Source of the DNA: Camelus ferus
Lineage: Eukaryota
Assembly: GCF_009834535.1 (NCBI RefSeq)
Contig: NC_045697.1
Location: 46,316,001 to 46,380,000, forward strand
DNA length: 64,000 nucleotides
Reading direction: 5' to 3'
Shown here: piece after piece, positions 14,334 to 26,200 of the stretch
How the letters are laid out: each line of letters begins with the position of its first letter
Position numbering within the stretch: position 1 is the first letter of the stretch
The notes under the pieces: model-generated
Told to the model about the DNA's origin: nothing
Database searches by the model: none
What the model saw: the letters and a program-made list of their open reading frames with translations, nothing else
Made by a program: the position numbers and the translations under genes

Positions 14334-14414
14334 GGTCGGCTGGACGCGCTCTGGGCTCTGTTGCGGAGGCAGTACGACAGGGTTTCCTTGATGCGACCTC
14401 AGGAAGGAGATGAG
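14334..14414 (+). CDS. ANTXR2: ANTXR2 coding exon (exon 16 equivalent) [27 protein letters not shown]
   Basis: TCTCCCTCCAG acceptor, 81 nt, GAG|GTTTGT donor; matches recalled human sequence; within ORF 14289..14489. Confidence 0.97.
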
Positions 14415-14489
14415 GTTTGTATGTGGGGATGTGCTGGGAAAATCCTGACCCTGGCCTCACGGGTCTGTGTGACGAAGGCAGTGAAATAA
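14415..14489 (+). CDS. ANTXR2: Putative intron read-through alternative C-terminus [24 protein letters not shown]
   Basis: Open frame past the weak donor to TAA at 14487-14489; aligns with the human CMG2-489 read-through tail VCIWECIEKELTA*. Confidence 0.55.
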   Translation, partial: VCMWGCAGKILTLASRVCVTKAVK

Positions 14490-14571
14490 TAATCAAAAAG
14501 AATCTAAAGTCCTCATTACAGTCGAGGAAGGAATTATTGTCTCGTGCAAATTCCTGTTAGGTAGAGTGCTT

Positions 14572-14577
14572 AATAAA
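14572..14577 (+). terminator. Candidate intronic polyadenylation signal AATAAA for the read-through isoform
   Basis: First AATAAA ~80 nt after the read-through stop, followed by T/GT-rich sequence. Confidence 0.45.
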
Positions 14578-15984
14578 TGATTCTCTATTGTTAGAATATG
14601 TCTTTAAACGCTGTGTTTTAACACAAGGACTTTTTCAAGTAACACAAAAATTAAGATCCACCGCACACAGACTGTAATAAGCACCCTCGTCACTCTAGCC
14701 TTTGACTTGGATGACATCGGGTTCTGAGGTTTACCCAGTGGGCACATGCCTCAGAGTCTCCACTGCTTTAGGTATAAATAGGTATTTTCCTGCCTCCAAC
14801 ATTTGATTTAATCTAATTTCTTGTCTATATGAAAGTGCCTTTAACGTTATGAGGCATTGTGGAAGTCTGCAATGGTGAGATACACACATTTATGTATAAA
14901 AATACATACATACACACACACATATGTGTTATGCATTTTCCCTATCAAGGAAGCCTATTTGAGGCTTTTTTGTTTTTGTTTTTGGAAATTTGGCTAGAAT
15001 TACTCTAGTTTTATAATTTCTGTAATGTATCAGCTCTATTTCCTGTTGTATCCATATAAGAAAAATAGCTTAAAACTCATTCATATGTAACAGTGGGCAG
15101 GTTTGATTCAGAGACAGGACACTGTTAGCAATAATAACAGGACTGTTTCATTATGTGTCAATGTGATCATCATTCTGTGTTAACAAGTGTGTGATCTTCA
15201 TTCATCTCAGCTTCAGAGCATTGTGGCTTATTCAGGTTAGATAGGCTAATTTTTTAAGGGTGAAATAATTGATGAAATTAATACTTACTTTACAATGCCA
15301 TGCTATCTTTAGTGTTACACGATTCTAGCTTGATATCAAAAATACAAAAACGTCTAAATTTTAAGATTTTACTTCTATGAAATGGAGGTAATCTTAGCAA
15401 CATCTGAGTTCAGCCATTTAGAAAAGCAATTTGAGAAAACAGTCCTGGCATATTCCTAACAGATCATTTACCCTTTGCTAGGACCAGAGGTAGAGAGAAC
15501 CACGTGGGTTGTGAAGCAGCCTCTTTCATTACCAAACCAATGCGATTAACAGAAATTTCTTATATGTAATGAAATCTGTGCCTCTGTTTCAATTTATGCA
15601 CCATCAGGAGTTCTGCTTCTGGAACAACATATAACAACTCTATTCGTCAATACGCTAGACTTTCACTTTGAAGGTTTTAAAATTGTTTTCATGATCATCT
15701 TAGTTTTCTCTCCTTCATGTTAGACATTAGTTCATTTGCTCAATAATTTTCATCTTTTTAAGTGTGGGGTATCATGCTAGCCCTGAAGATGTATTAGTAA
15801 AAACAGAGAGTGGTTCCAGAAACCTTGTCAATACTTTCTATATTTTTTAATTCTTATGATTGAAATTTTGTTTATTTTTATCATTTGTAGTAATTTTGAC
15901 TAAATTAAAAAATTTTTGGATTATAAATTTGCACAAGTAATGGCATCAGGTAAAATTGGGGAGGTGGGTACAAACTATAGACTT

Positions 15985-16250
15985 TGCCCTTAAGAAACCT
16001 GAAATTTTTTGGGGGAAATGAGACAGATACAAAAATAAAATTTATTCCAGAATCTGGACTGGGCCATACCATAGGTAGGTATCAAGTACTTCTGAGTGCA
16101 TAGTGAAGAGAGATTAACTCTCACTGGAGGAATTTGGGAATGCTTATTAAAAAATATAGGCCTTCTATCTTTGAAAATGGATAGGGTTTCATCAGGTGGA
16201 GTTAGGTGCAATGCGTATTTCCACGGATGCAACATCATAAGCAAAATCTC
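15985..16250 (-). mobile_element. L2 LINE fragment
   Basis: L2-like antisense sequence; a separate L2 3' end CATTCATTCATTCAACAAATATTTAT lies at ~16400-16460. Confidence 0.5.
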
Positions 16251-16654
16251 TGAGGCAGCCGAGAACAGTGATTTGTGGATTACAAGACAGTCTGAGGGCT
16301 GGGGATTAAAACCACAATGATAGGTTGGGAACAGAAGAGAAGAAATCTTTGAGTTTGCATAAACTGATATATTTGTGCTTTTGAATGATGCATTATACTC
16401 ATTCATTCATTCAACAAATATTTATCTGGTGTCTAATATGTACCCAGCACTTCGTTAGATACCAAGTAAATCTAACATTCTTCTTAAATTATAGTGCTAG
16501 AATATTCTCCATGTTGCCCCACCAGGTAAAGCATTATTTATTTTTCCATGGTTGAAGGAAGAGTAATGCTTGCATTATTTTGACTGTTTCCTTTGTTTTT
16601 TTAGTAATTTGATTACACTTTTGTCTGATATACCCTTAAAGCCATTTATTCTGA

Positions 16655-16940
16655 CTCTTGAGGTTAAATTTTTTCAAAATTGAGAATTTTTCAGATTTTA
16701 GGGATCTGATATAGTCCATATATATTATGTAAAGCATCATCTAATCTCATTATTGAGACATTCTGCTTCAGAAATATTAATTACTGCAAGTGAATAAATA
16801 CAGACTAGATACTCTTAAGTCAATTCAGGTCAGATTTTGCTTCCAAATGAATTTTGGTGACAAACTTAACATGAAACTTTCAGTTTTCAAAGATTGTGTA
16901 TTTCAAAACTATAGATAAAAGGATTGTAAATCTTTACTGT
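16655..16940. mobile_element. TcMar-Tigger-like DNA transposon remnant
   Basis: AATTGAGAATTTTTCAGATTTTAG...GGTCAGATTTTGCTTCCAAATGAATT...AGATAAAAGGATTGTAAATCT resembles Tigger MERs (recall). Confidence 0.45.
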
Positions 16941-17329
16941 GTGTTATTAACTAAAATTCCACTTTTTCACTCTTCACCTATATATGTGATTTATGATTTT
17001 TAATTTGTTTTTATTTAAATGCAGGACTTAAGCTTAGAAAATATCAATTGCTGCTCAATTAATTGATTTGTTTTTCCATCAAATATACATTATGATTCTG
17101 TGTGTGCCTGACACAGTCTGACGTAATTTCTCTTCATAATAACTATCCTTGATAGCCTTACTGCTTCCAAAAATTCGTCAACTGCAAATTTTCATCACTT
17201 ATTTCAAGCCATGGTTAAAACCTCAATGGAGTACTCCATGGGAACCTTCCTCACAGGTTGACACTCTGCACAGTTAATTGACAGTAATATGGTAAAGTTA
17301 GGAGCCCAGCCAATAGTATAAACTCAGTT

Positions 17330-17470
17330 TACCGTCTTATTCACAAGGATATTTAATAAATTGTGTTAAATAGTTTTTATTCCCCCATCCAACCAAACCA
17401 ATGATGCAAAATGATCATGGAAATCAGGTAACTATGGCATGATTTGCTCTAACCTTCTGATTCCTGCTAT
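17330..17470 (-). mobile_element. CR1/L3 fragment
   Basis: CACAAGGATAT...TTCCCCCATCCAACCA...GGAAATCAGGTAACTATGGCATGATTTGCTCT resembles the antisense L3 RT region. Confidence 0.35.
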
Positions 17471-19405
17471 GATCCTTTATAATATTTATTATTTTTTTAG
17501 ACTGAGGTTTGATGTCAAATCGATAGTTATCAGCATAGAACTGTTTTCCTCTAGACAACATGGTAAATCTCTGCCCTCCCTTCTTTTTTACTTCCCATTT
17601 CCCCATTTTTCATGTTTCAGAAAGATTATTAATAATATCTAAGTTTCTGTCAACTCCACATCATCTACCAGGTCCTCTTTACTTGATAGAATTAACTCCA
17701 ATATAAACTTCCCATCCCATACACATACATAACTATAATCTGTATTTTTTCAGAGATTATAAAATTACCTAGTGAGTCATTCTAATACTTTGGCAGAATT
17801 AGTGTTCTGTACACTACTAAGACAACTGAAGCATCCCAATGTTTTTTATATGTTTACATTATTTTTTAGGCAGCCGTTATACTATCTCCATCACATGATC
17901 TCTAGAATGCTTTCCTCCCTGACCTTCCTTCCTTCCTTCTTTCCTTCCTTCCTTCCTTCTATGCCTTCATCCATCTTCTTTTTCCCTCTTTGTTTCTTTC
18001 AAGCACATTTACCTCCACTATGCTCTCACTTTCACAGTTGCTAATTTCTTATACCAGTTTGTGCATTTCTTATATGCTATGCTAATTTTCTTCTTGGCTT
18101 CTTCTTCTGAATGAAGCCTTTCAATTGCTCTATTCTTTTCCTCTGGAGTGTAATAAATATCATTATTGATAAGGCCAACCTATGGGACTCTGTGATGCCC
18201 CAAAGAATCTGCACCAAATAGGATGCTTAATTATATTAAATATTTGGTGAATTTTACTTAAAAGGCTTTATAATAACCATAATACATCAAATAATATTAT
18301 CCAAAAGTAATATTTAATTAGGTGTCTAAATAAAATCATATTTGCATGGTGCATGGCATAATCTGTACTCACACTCTAGCACCCCACAAATTTTATTTAC
18401 AAAAAAGAACATATAATATTTTAAAACTTCTAGTGCTTTTTTTTTTTTTGCTTCAGAGTGTCTTTCATTTGATAAACTTAATTTACCTAGTAAGAAATTG
18501 AGGACCCAAAGGCAGAAAGAGAACAAGGGACTCAGAGCATATTTGGCACAGCTAATTTTGATGTGTGATGTTAAGATGAGATGATTTGCTTTGGTAATGC
18601 TTTATCTATGCATGAGAAGAAGACCATGGCTCACTGTTACCTTCTATTTATTGTGGCTAATTAGTTAAGCCCTCAAAAATTAAACTGTCTGAACTCTACG
18701 GTTTTTACAAATTTAGTTTATATAGACATGGTTTGTCTCATAGGATTACATGGAGTAGAGAAAAATTTAAATTTGGGAGACTAAGATGTCCAAGTAGCAG
18801 TGTCCTCTAGCTTTTTGTCTATTCTTTGTGTTGAATTTTCTAGGCAAACCAGGGCATAATCACTGAATGAGAAAATTAGTCTTGTAGTTTTGGGGATAGC
18901 TTTAGATGTGACTGGGCTCCACAGCATAAGGAAGGGTAAAATTCTTTAACCTTAGAGGTCTTCAACCTTACTTCTCTGAAACAAATCAGCATTTGATTAA
19001 ACTAATTTAAAATACTGAACCCAAACCACTCAAACTACTCATGAATGATTTCATATATATGTGTATACTATATATATATGGTATATATAAAGACAGATAT
19101 TGATTCTCACTGAGAAGGTTTGTCTCTGCATATCAAATAATTCATTGGTACAAATGTTATTAGCTACTTAAAGACAATTCTTTTTAAAAGAAACTTTGTT
19201 ATCAATATATACATTGGTGAATACATTTTGCAAATAATGTTGTTATTTTCCTGTGCTTGTAAAGGTGTGTTTACATTTGATTATGCTTTTTATGAAATGT
19301 GTGCATGATGGTTTAAGAGGGATGTATGTGTATAAAGCATGTGTACATTGTAGAAATTAGGAGGACTTTTGAAAACATTTTCTAATCTTTGGATATGGAT
19401 GCAGG

Positions 19406-19609
19406 TTTTTTTGTTTTTTGTTTTTTTTTAAGTACAGTCAATTACAATGTTTCAGTTTCTGGTGTACAGCGCAATGTCCCAGTCATGCATATACATACAT
19501 ATATTTGTTTTCATATTCTTTTTTATTAAAGGTTATTATAAGATATTGAGTATTGTTCCCAAAAAACTTGTTTTTTAAAATCTATTTTTATATATAGTGG
19601 CTAACATTT
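19406..19609 (-). mobile_element. Truncated LINE-1 3' UTR (camelid-type)
   Basis: Poly-T then AAGTACAGTCAATTACAATG...GGTTATTATAAGATATTGAGTATTGTTCCC; degenerate TSD TGGATGCAG / TGGAAGCAG. Confidence 0.8.
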
Positions 19610-19919
19610 GGAAGCAGTTTGTTTTACTTTGCCAAGAAACAAACGAGAAAGCTTTCTCTTTTCTGAATATTAACAGAAGTAGCAGTCACACTCTTTCTTT
19701 AAAAAAAAAAGACAACAAACTTTATGCTGCTTGAGAGACAACAAAACACAATTGTTTTGAGGTTGTGGCTGATGGTTTCAAAATAATAGAACCTCTGCCT
19801 AGTCAACTGCCTGTTTTCTACGTTGGAAACCAATCTTGTCATTTATTTATAAACTGTTTACTGCAGATTCTGCCTCTTGAGAGTTTAGTGAACAAATCAG
19901 TGTACTTAGAACTAAACCC

Positions 19920-20700
19920 AGAGTCACGCACATTTACTCTGCGAGTCCCGTCACGCTGAATTTCAAGCCAAATGCTCTCCTTTTATGGCTCAGAGGCCAC
20001 AGCGGGCTCGTTAGCGGAACTCACTGCTGAACTGAAGTCCTTGATCAAGTAACTAAAGTTCAGGCATAAAGTATCAAAGCGGCGCGAGAAACCTCTCGCT
20101 CTGCCCCCCGCTCCCGCCACCTTTCGGCGCCGCCAGCTCCTGCCAGGGTGGCGGGGTTGGCGGGCTGCACGCAGACCAGGCAGAGGCTTTGATTGTGGCT
20201 GCAGCTCCTCGGAGTCATAAATGTTTAAGCGCGCGGCGCGCGAAGGTCGGGCCGCGCGTCCAGGTGTAAGCTAGCAGGTTGTCGCCGACATCTGTTTGCG
20301 GCGGCGGCAGCGGCCTCCCCAGCCCGCAGCGAGCGGCCCGATTGTCAGCGGAGGTAGTTGAGAGCGGCAGAACCGTTTTGGTCTCACACTCGCTGCCTGG
20401 AGGCCTGAAACACCAAAGGTAGGAGTGGGGGTGGACACAGCTGCGATCCCAAACTTGCCTTAGGCGCAAATAAAGAGATCTAATGCAGTTTGACTCCGTT
20501 GCGGTGGGGAGACGGGACAGAAAGCCACTTCAGAGACAACTTAACGCTGCAACATCTGCCGCCAAGTTTCCAGGGAGTGACGGGGGACAGCAGGTACAGA
20601 TCGGAGTCTCCACGTAAACAGCCTCCATTAAGCCGTGGACTCTTTTGAAGGGCCTCCATCAAACATGCTGGAGTCCGCAGCAGGAGTGAGTTTGGTTTTC
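19920..20700. promoter_or_regulatory. Intronic CpG island
   Basis: Hand count of about 37 CpG in 20071-20400; high GC in otherwise AT-rich, CpG-depleted DNA; no repeat recognised. Confidence 0.8.
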
Positions 20701-23194
20701 AAAGCAGTGTTTTGTTTTTGCAATAACAAGGTAATTTATAAATGATGCATTACCATGCGTTCTCCTTTTTTTGTCTGAAAAGAAGAGAGTTAGAGAAGCA
20801 GCAAAGCAAAGAAAGAAGAAAGCACAGTCCTAGTTTTGGAGTTGTTCCACAAACCAATTAAATCTCCAAGGAGCTGCTTGTCTGTAATCGAGGTTATGTT
20901 AACCTTCAGACGGCGCAGTCCCTCATTCACCAGTAAGCAGACATAAATTAAAATAGGGCAATAAAAGAATCCCAGTAATAGTAACACCCGCGAAACACAC
21001 CCACTATTTCTTTGTTTTTAAACTCATAGAGCTTTTTATTACATGGAGGTGAACTAGAGTTAGATAGTTTTCCCAGATGTATTTAATTTTTCAGTAAGAC
21101 AAAATTTAGAAAATTGCATTGACTTCAGTTTTCTTCCTGTTTGTAAAGGCTTCCTACCTGTATTTGAATATTAAAAACCCAAAGTAAGGTTTACATGTTA
21201 ATGGAAGCATTTTTCTTTCTTGAGGAAGTTTCCCCTTCTAGCACCTAGAATCAGCCAGGGAAAAATGGAAGAATTTGTAATAATTTTCACTGGGGAGACT
21301 ATAAAAACTCATAACTGTGCACACACACATATATGGCGTAACAGATTTGGTTAAAATATTAGTCTGACAAGTAAAGCTCCAGAGTGTGGCCAGGTAATAA
21401 AGATTCTACAGTAAACTGTTACCATTAATAATATTTAGGCTTCCTCACCTGAGGAAATAGCTGTGTGACCACCGCAATAAAGGAAAGGTGCTGACTCAAA
21501 GGTCTCCTTTGGAGTGGGGCAGCCAGGAAGCAGTGGCCCGGGGAGAAACGCTGGCATGTGGCAAAATTTTTATCAGTCAATGGTGAAATAAGAAACATAA
21601 GTGCATAGTGAGTTTCCAATTAAGCTAAATTTATTACGTGGAGAGGACTTCTATTAAATGTACAGATATGATTTTCATTTTTTAAGATGATTGATGGTAG
21701 CTGCTTTAAAACGAATGTTCACCATGACAAAACTCAGTGTCAGCCATCTGATTTTTTTAAAATCTACAGGAAAAAACCCTACAAAAACCCAACCTGAGCA
21801 CAGGTTTATTTAAAAAGAACCAGAGGAGCCTGATAATCTCAGTGGCAAATGATTGCGGCTGGAGCCCTGGCTCACATCCCCAGTTCTAAATTTATGTTCA
21901 TTCCTCTGTCAGTCCTGCTTCTGAATTCTCATGCTCAAAACAGGCCTCACCCTCTTCAGTGGTGGCTTCTTCAGTGATTCTCAACCTCCCAGGGATTACT
22001 CTGAACTCTGTCATGCTTACAAGTCACCCAGTGCCCTGTGCTGTTAAACCACTTCATCTTCAGGATGAAGAAGCATCTGGAAGGCAGAGATTTTGTGCCA
22101 TACTGCCTTTGAGTTCCCCATCACGTTTGCAAAATGTAAACCACTTGTGGGTATTTCTGAGCAGACTGAAACCTCCACTCAGACAGTTTGATATGTCACA
22201 TGTTTTCAGTGCTTGGAATTATGCTGCTAATGACTGCACTCTTAAATTTAGTTTTTAAATTCCATCTAAACATTTTGTGTCATATAGCCAAACTTTGTAA
22301 TAGATTTTAGGGGCTGTAAGATAGCCCTTTATTTTAGCCTAACTCAGTCAGTCCTATTGCCCACAGTGCTTTCATAAATTTTCTTTTTCATACTTAAATG
22401 AGAGGGTAGAGAAAAAATCAATTTTTTTTAAATTGTAGAGTGATTGCTTATGTTTTATTTCTATAAGGATCTGAAATTTTAAATGGTGCGTTAGGTCAAT
22501 TATAACGTGGCATCATTGGAAAAGAGTACCACTAAGCTTTTCTAGCCTTTATGTGACCACAAATCTCTCTCATTTTTATTATCTCTTATCTATATTTCAG
22601 GGTATCCTTAAAATACTTTAAATACCCTGTTTAAATTGGTAAAAGTAATTAACTTTGGTTAATACATATTTGAAAGACAAATTTTTACTAGAATAACTCA
22701 GGTTGTGAGCATGCCATTATTACTACAATCCCACTGCCTGATTTATGAGTGGATGTGTATGTGTGTGTGTGTATATTATGTTTAATATGAATATATGTGT
22801 ATATATATTCCTATAGGACATATTTTCTCAGTGTGTATGTCATCAACTAATGTCTGCTTCAGTGGAAAATAACATTCATGAAATAGAGAGCTTTTCTGAT
22901 ACCATTTCATAGCTTAAATAAAACCATCTCTTAATTATGCATGTAAGCTGGCGAAAGTGTTGATTCAGTTTGGTTCCCTAAAAGTGGAATATGGAATATG
23001 CAAAATGTAATCATTTAAATTACAAAAAAAATTTAATTTTTTTCAAAGAAAGTATCAATAGAACTTAGACATTTAATTGACGTTTTACCCCTGGTCCAAA
23101 ATAACTTGTGTATAGTGGCATCATATAAATTTTACGTATTAATCGGAAGTTTAGGCAGGGATATTTCTTGGTGAAAATTGATCAGCAACCTTTT

Positions 23195-23229
23195 TTTTTT
23201 TAACATTTTTTATTGATTTATAATCATTT
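23195..23229 (-). mobile_element. Ultra-short young LINE-1 insertion (3' terminus plus poly-A) with 13-bp TSD
   Basis: TCAGCAACCTTTT at 23182-23194 and 23230-23242; the insert is identical to the L1 end at 57499-57526. Confidence 0.85.
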
Positions 23230-26200
23230 TCAGCAACCTTTTGATAATCAAGAAACAAAACTTATTAAGTTAGTGTAAATATCCTTTAATGCACTGAGTT
23301 TAGAAATAACTTTTTTTTTTGTCATCAGTGAGTTTTGGCATACTAAAAGCTACTTTTAAAATATCAAGAGCTAATATTGGTTGTCCAGGGCTAAAAACAT
23401 TATTTTCATAGGCTTAATATCCTACTTTGATGTAGGGCACCTTGAGGACATCAATTAAATCATCCAATTGGGAGCAGAAATATCAGCGAACAGAATTTTA
23501 ACCCTTTTTTTCCCTGTTTTTGAGTACTTTTTGTACAGCTTTCATGTAATTTTAATTACGGAAGATTAAATTTATATTTCTTTAAATATATCACTTTACA
23601 ATTTCTAATAATTGGCAAAAATCTATATTAGTCTGCATACATTAAATATTCAGTTTTCAACTGAGAGCTCAAAAGATGCAGTCCAAGGAGGGAAAAGCAG
23701 TGCATTATTTTCTAGACAGTTTATTTTAACAGAGTACATAATGATGGTGCCTTTGTGTCTACCAGACCCCCATTTATAAGTTTGGTTTAAGGAAACCTTC
23801 ATAACTCAGTTAAGGATATTGGCTTGAGTAGGAAGCTTTTATTGCCCCTTCTTAAAAATGAATTTATATTAACACATTATATAAATCTATACTTTTAAGG
23901 AGAAATAAATGACTTTTCCACTAAATAGCTTTCATTTCCCTTATTTCAAAATAAAACACTGTGATTTTTATAATATACACTTGTAAGCTCTAAGTAAATC
24001 ATCTTTAAAATTGCTTCATGTAATCTTAAAGTCTCCATTAGTTCCATTCTGAATCAGATCACAGCCTCTGACATTTGAGAAATTTGAAACTGTTGTACCT
24101 TTAAGGTATAAAATAAAAATGACTTACTATCCAAACTTTGCAAAAAATTATGTCTAAGACTGCCAGTGGACCTTCACTTATTTACCATTTTATTTATCTG
24201 ACTTTGGATTAAAAATTAACTTTTTTATTTCAAAGAATTTTTTTTCTCCTTATGCTTTTTTTTTTTCAATTAATGAAGTTGATGTAGAGTTTACAGACAT
24301 TTCAGTAATTTTATTCAGTGATATACCTCATGTCTCCCTCCTTAGAGAGTTCTTTTCACTTAGAAAATGTGGGAGAAAAGATGGTTCTAATTTCCTAAAC
24401 TTTAGATTTCCATAATGCTTCTTCAAAAGCAGGTTAGTGTACTGAAAATAATATATATTAGATATGTTTTTCATAATCCTGTCCAGTATTAAGCACATTT
24501 TGGTTTGTAACTACACACACACACATACATATCATTTCATATCATATCTTAATTGTCTAACAGAGTTAGTAAATCTGTAAAACATACTTCAATAAAAAAT
24601 TCAAATAGCACACGTATATACGTAACATACAGATAAAAGGTTGAGAGTAAAGAGCAGTTACTCTCCAATTACCTTTCTTTCATTTCCCTCCCTTCTCCTA
24701 TCTCCTAACTTTGGTTGATGCCTAAGGTTTAGCCCTTGATCTTATGTTTTCTCTCATTTTACTTTCTCTAGGAGCATCTTGACTTTCACTGCTTTGCTAT
24801 CATCATTATACACATGCTTTTTAGACAATTCTGCCCTCCCTTCTCAGTTCTACTTGCATGTCTCTGGAAGCTTACATGGACTTTCTTCTTGGATGTCCTG
24901 TTTTCACCACATTCTCTGTGCTTAACTGGACTAGCGTATTCCCTATATATGGCTTTCAAATTTTATCTTTTCTTCTAGTTATTCTCACTACCCTTCACCT
25001 GATGTATCTAAGCTGAGGCCCAGCAGACCTCATAGTTACCATACCTCAGTGAGCAGACCCAGGACCTTAACTTTTTAGTTCTGGGTGTGATGTCCTATGC
25101 TAACAAATCACAATACTTCCCTGTTATGTGCAGAAGCTACTGATTCAGTGAGAACTGTATGTATCAGGGTCCCTTTTAGTTTTATTGTAAGTAAAAGTAA
25201 AAATGAGCTATTGGTGAATTTATGCAGTAAACTCTACTGATTGTTAAGAGGTACATCAATTTGACTTTGTAGAACTTAAAAGCTTTTTGTTATTAGGACT
25301 TACAATTTTGTCTTCATGACTCTACCCTGAAACTAAGCTACTGAAAAAATTAAGACATCAGAGCAGTTCTTAAATTTGACAAATTTGAATTATCTCTTAT
25401 AAAGATGTGACTGAGGATGCTGGTTCATAAAAATATTATTTATATGGAGCTAAAATTTATCACTTTGGGGTGATGATTAATTTTTAATTTATAATTAAAT
25501 CTATTGAACATTTTCTGTGTTATAATAGCCTGACACCATTGTTTTCCCTTGGGTTGAATTCTGATGAATAGATGAAGGCTTGTAATTTTTATTAATTTTC
25601 TTTACCAGGATATGTTTATTATTTTCATGCTTGCAGTTGCATCCTTATTTTTTCTAAAGCAGATTTCATCTTTGTTTCATATTTGATCTCAGAGAAGGTT
25701 TCAGTGACTGGACTTCTTGTGAGATGTGTATTCATCCCAGTGAAATCATACATTATAATGTCAATCTCTTGCATTATCATCTTCTGTGCAGGCCTCTGTG
25801 TGGCTTATGCTAGCTCTGAGTGTCTTATTAGTCCAGTTTACAGAAATGCAGGCTCTTCTCAACAAACAGTGAGAAGGCTGACAACTGAATTCAGTTCCTA
25901 CTCTCCAGAAGAAGTATGATGGCTTTATCTGTCCCCTGAATCCAAATTAGGAACTAGTCCTATGCTCTTAACTAGATTAGTTCCCTTTCCAGTAACTGTT
26001 TAAAGGAGGGCAGCTGTCTGAGCTATTATTGGTTGTAAATTTGCTAATGTCTACTTTGTTCATGTCAGATACAAAAGGCAGCAGATAGCAGGATGAAAGT
26101 TTCAGGACCTCAAGTTGTCACAGCCTGAAATGAGCATGGAAGTGTCAGTGGAGTTGGGCATTGAAGAGATGGGAGCAAGTGTTACTCTGGGGAAGAGGAG

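Noticed and set aside
20215..20662. Minus-strand ORFs in the CpG island as a coding gene or retrocopy
   Set aside because: Short, no recognisable homology, no ATG start; expected in GC-rich DNA
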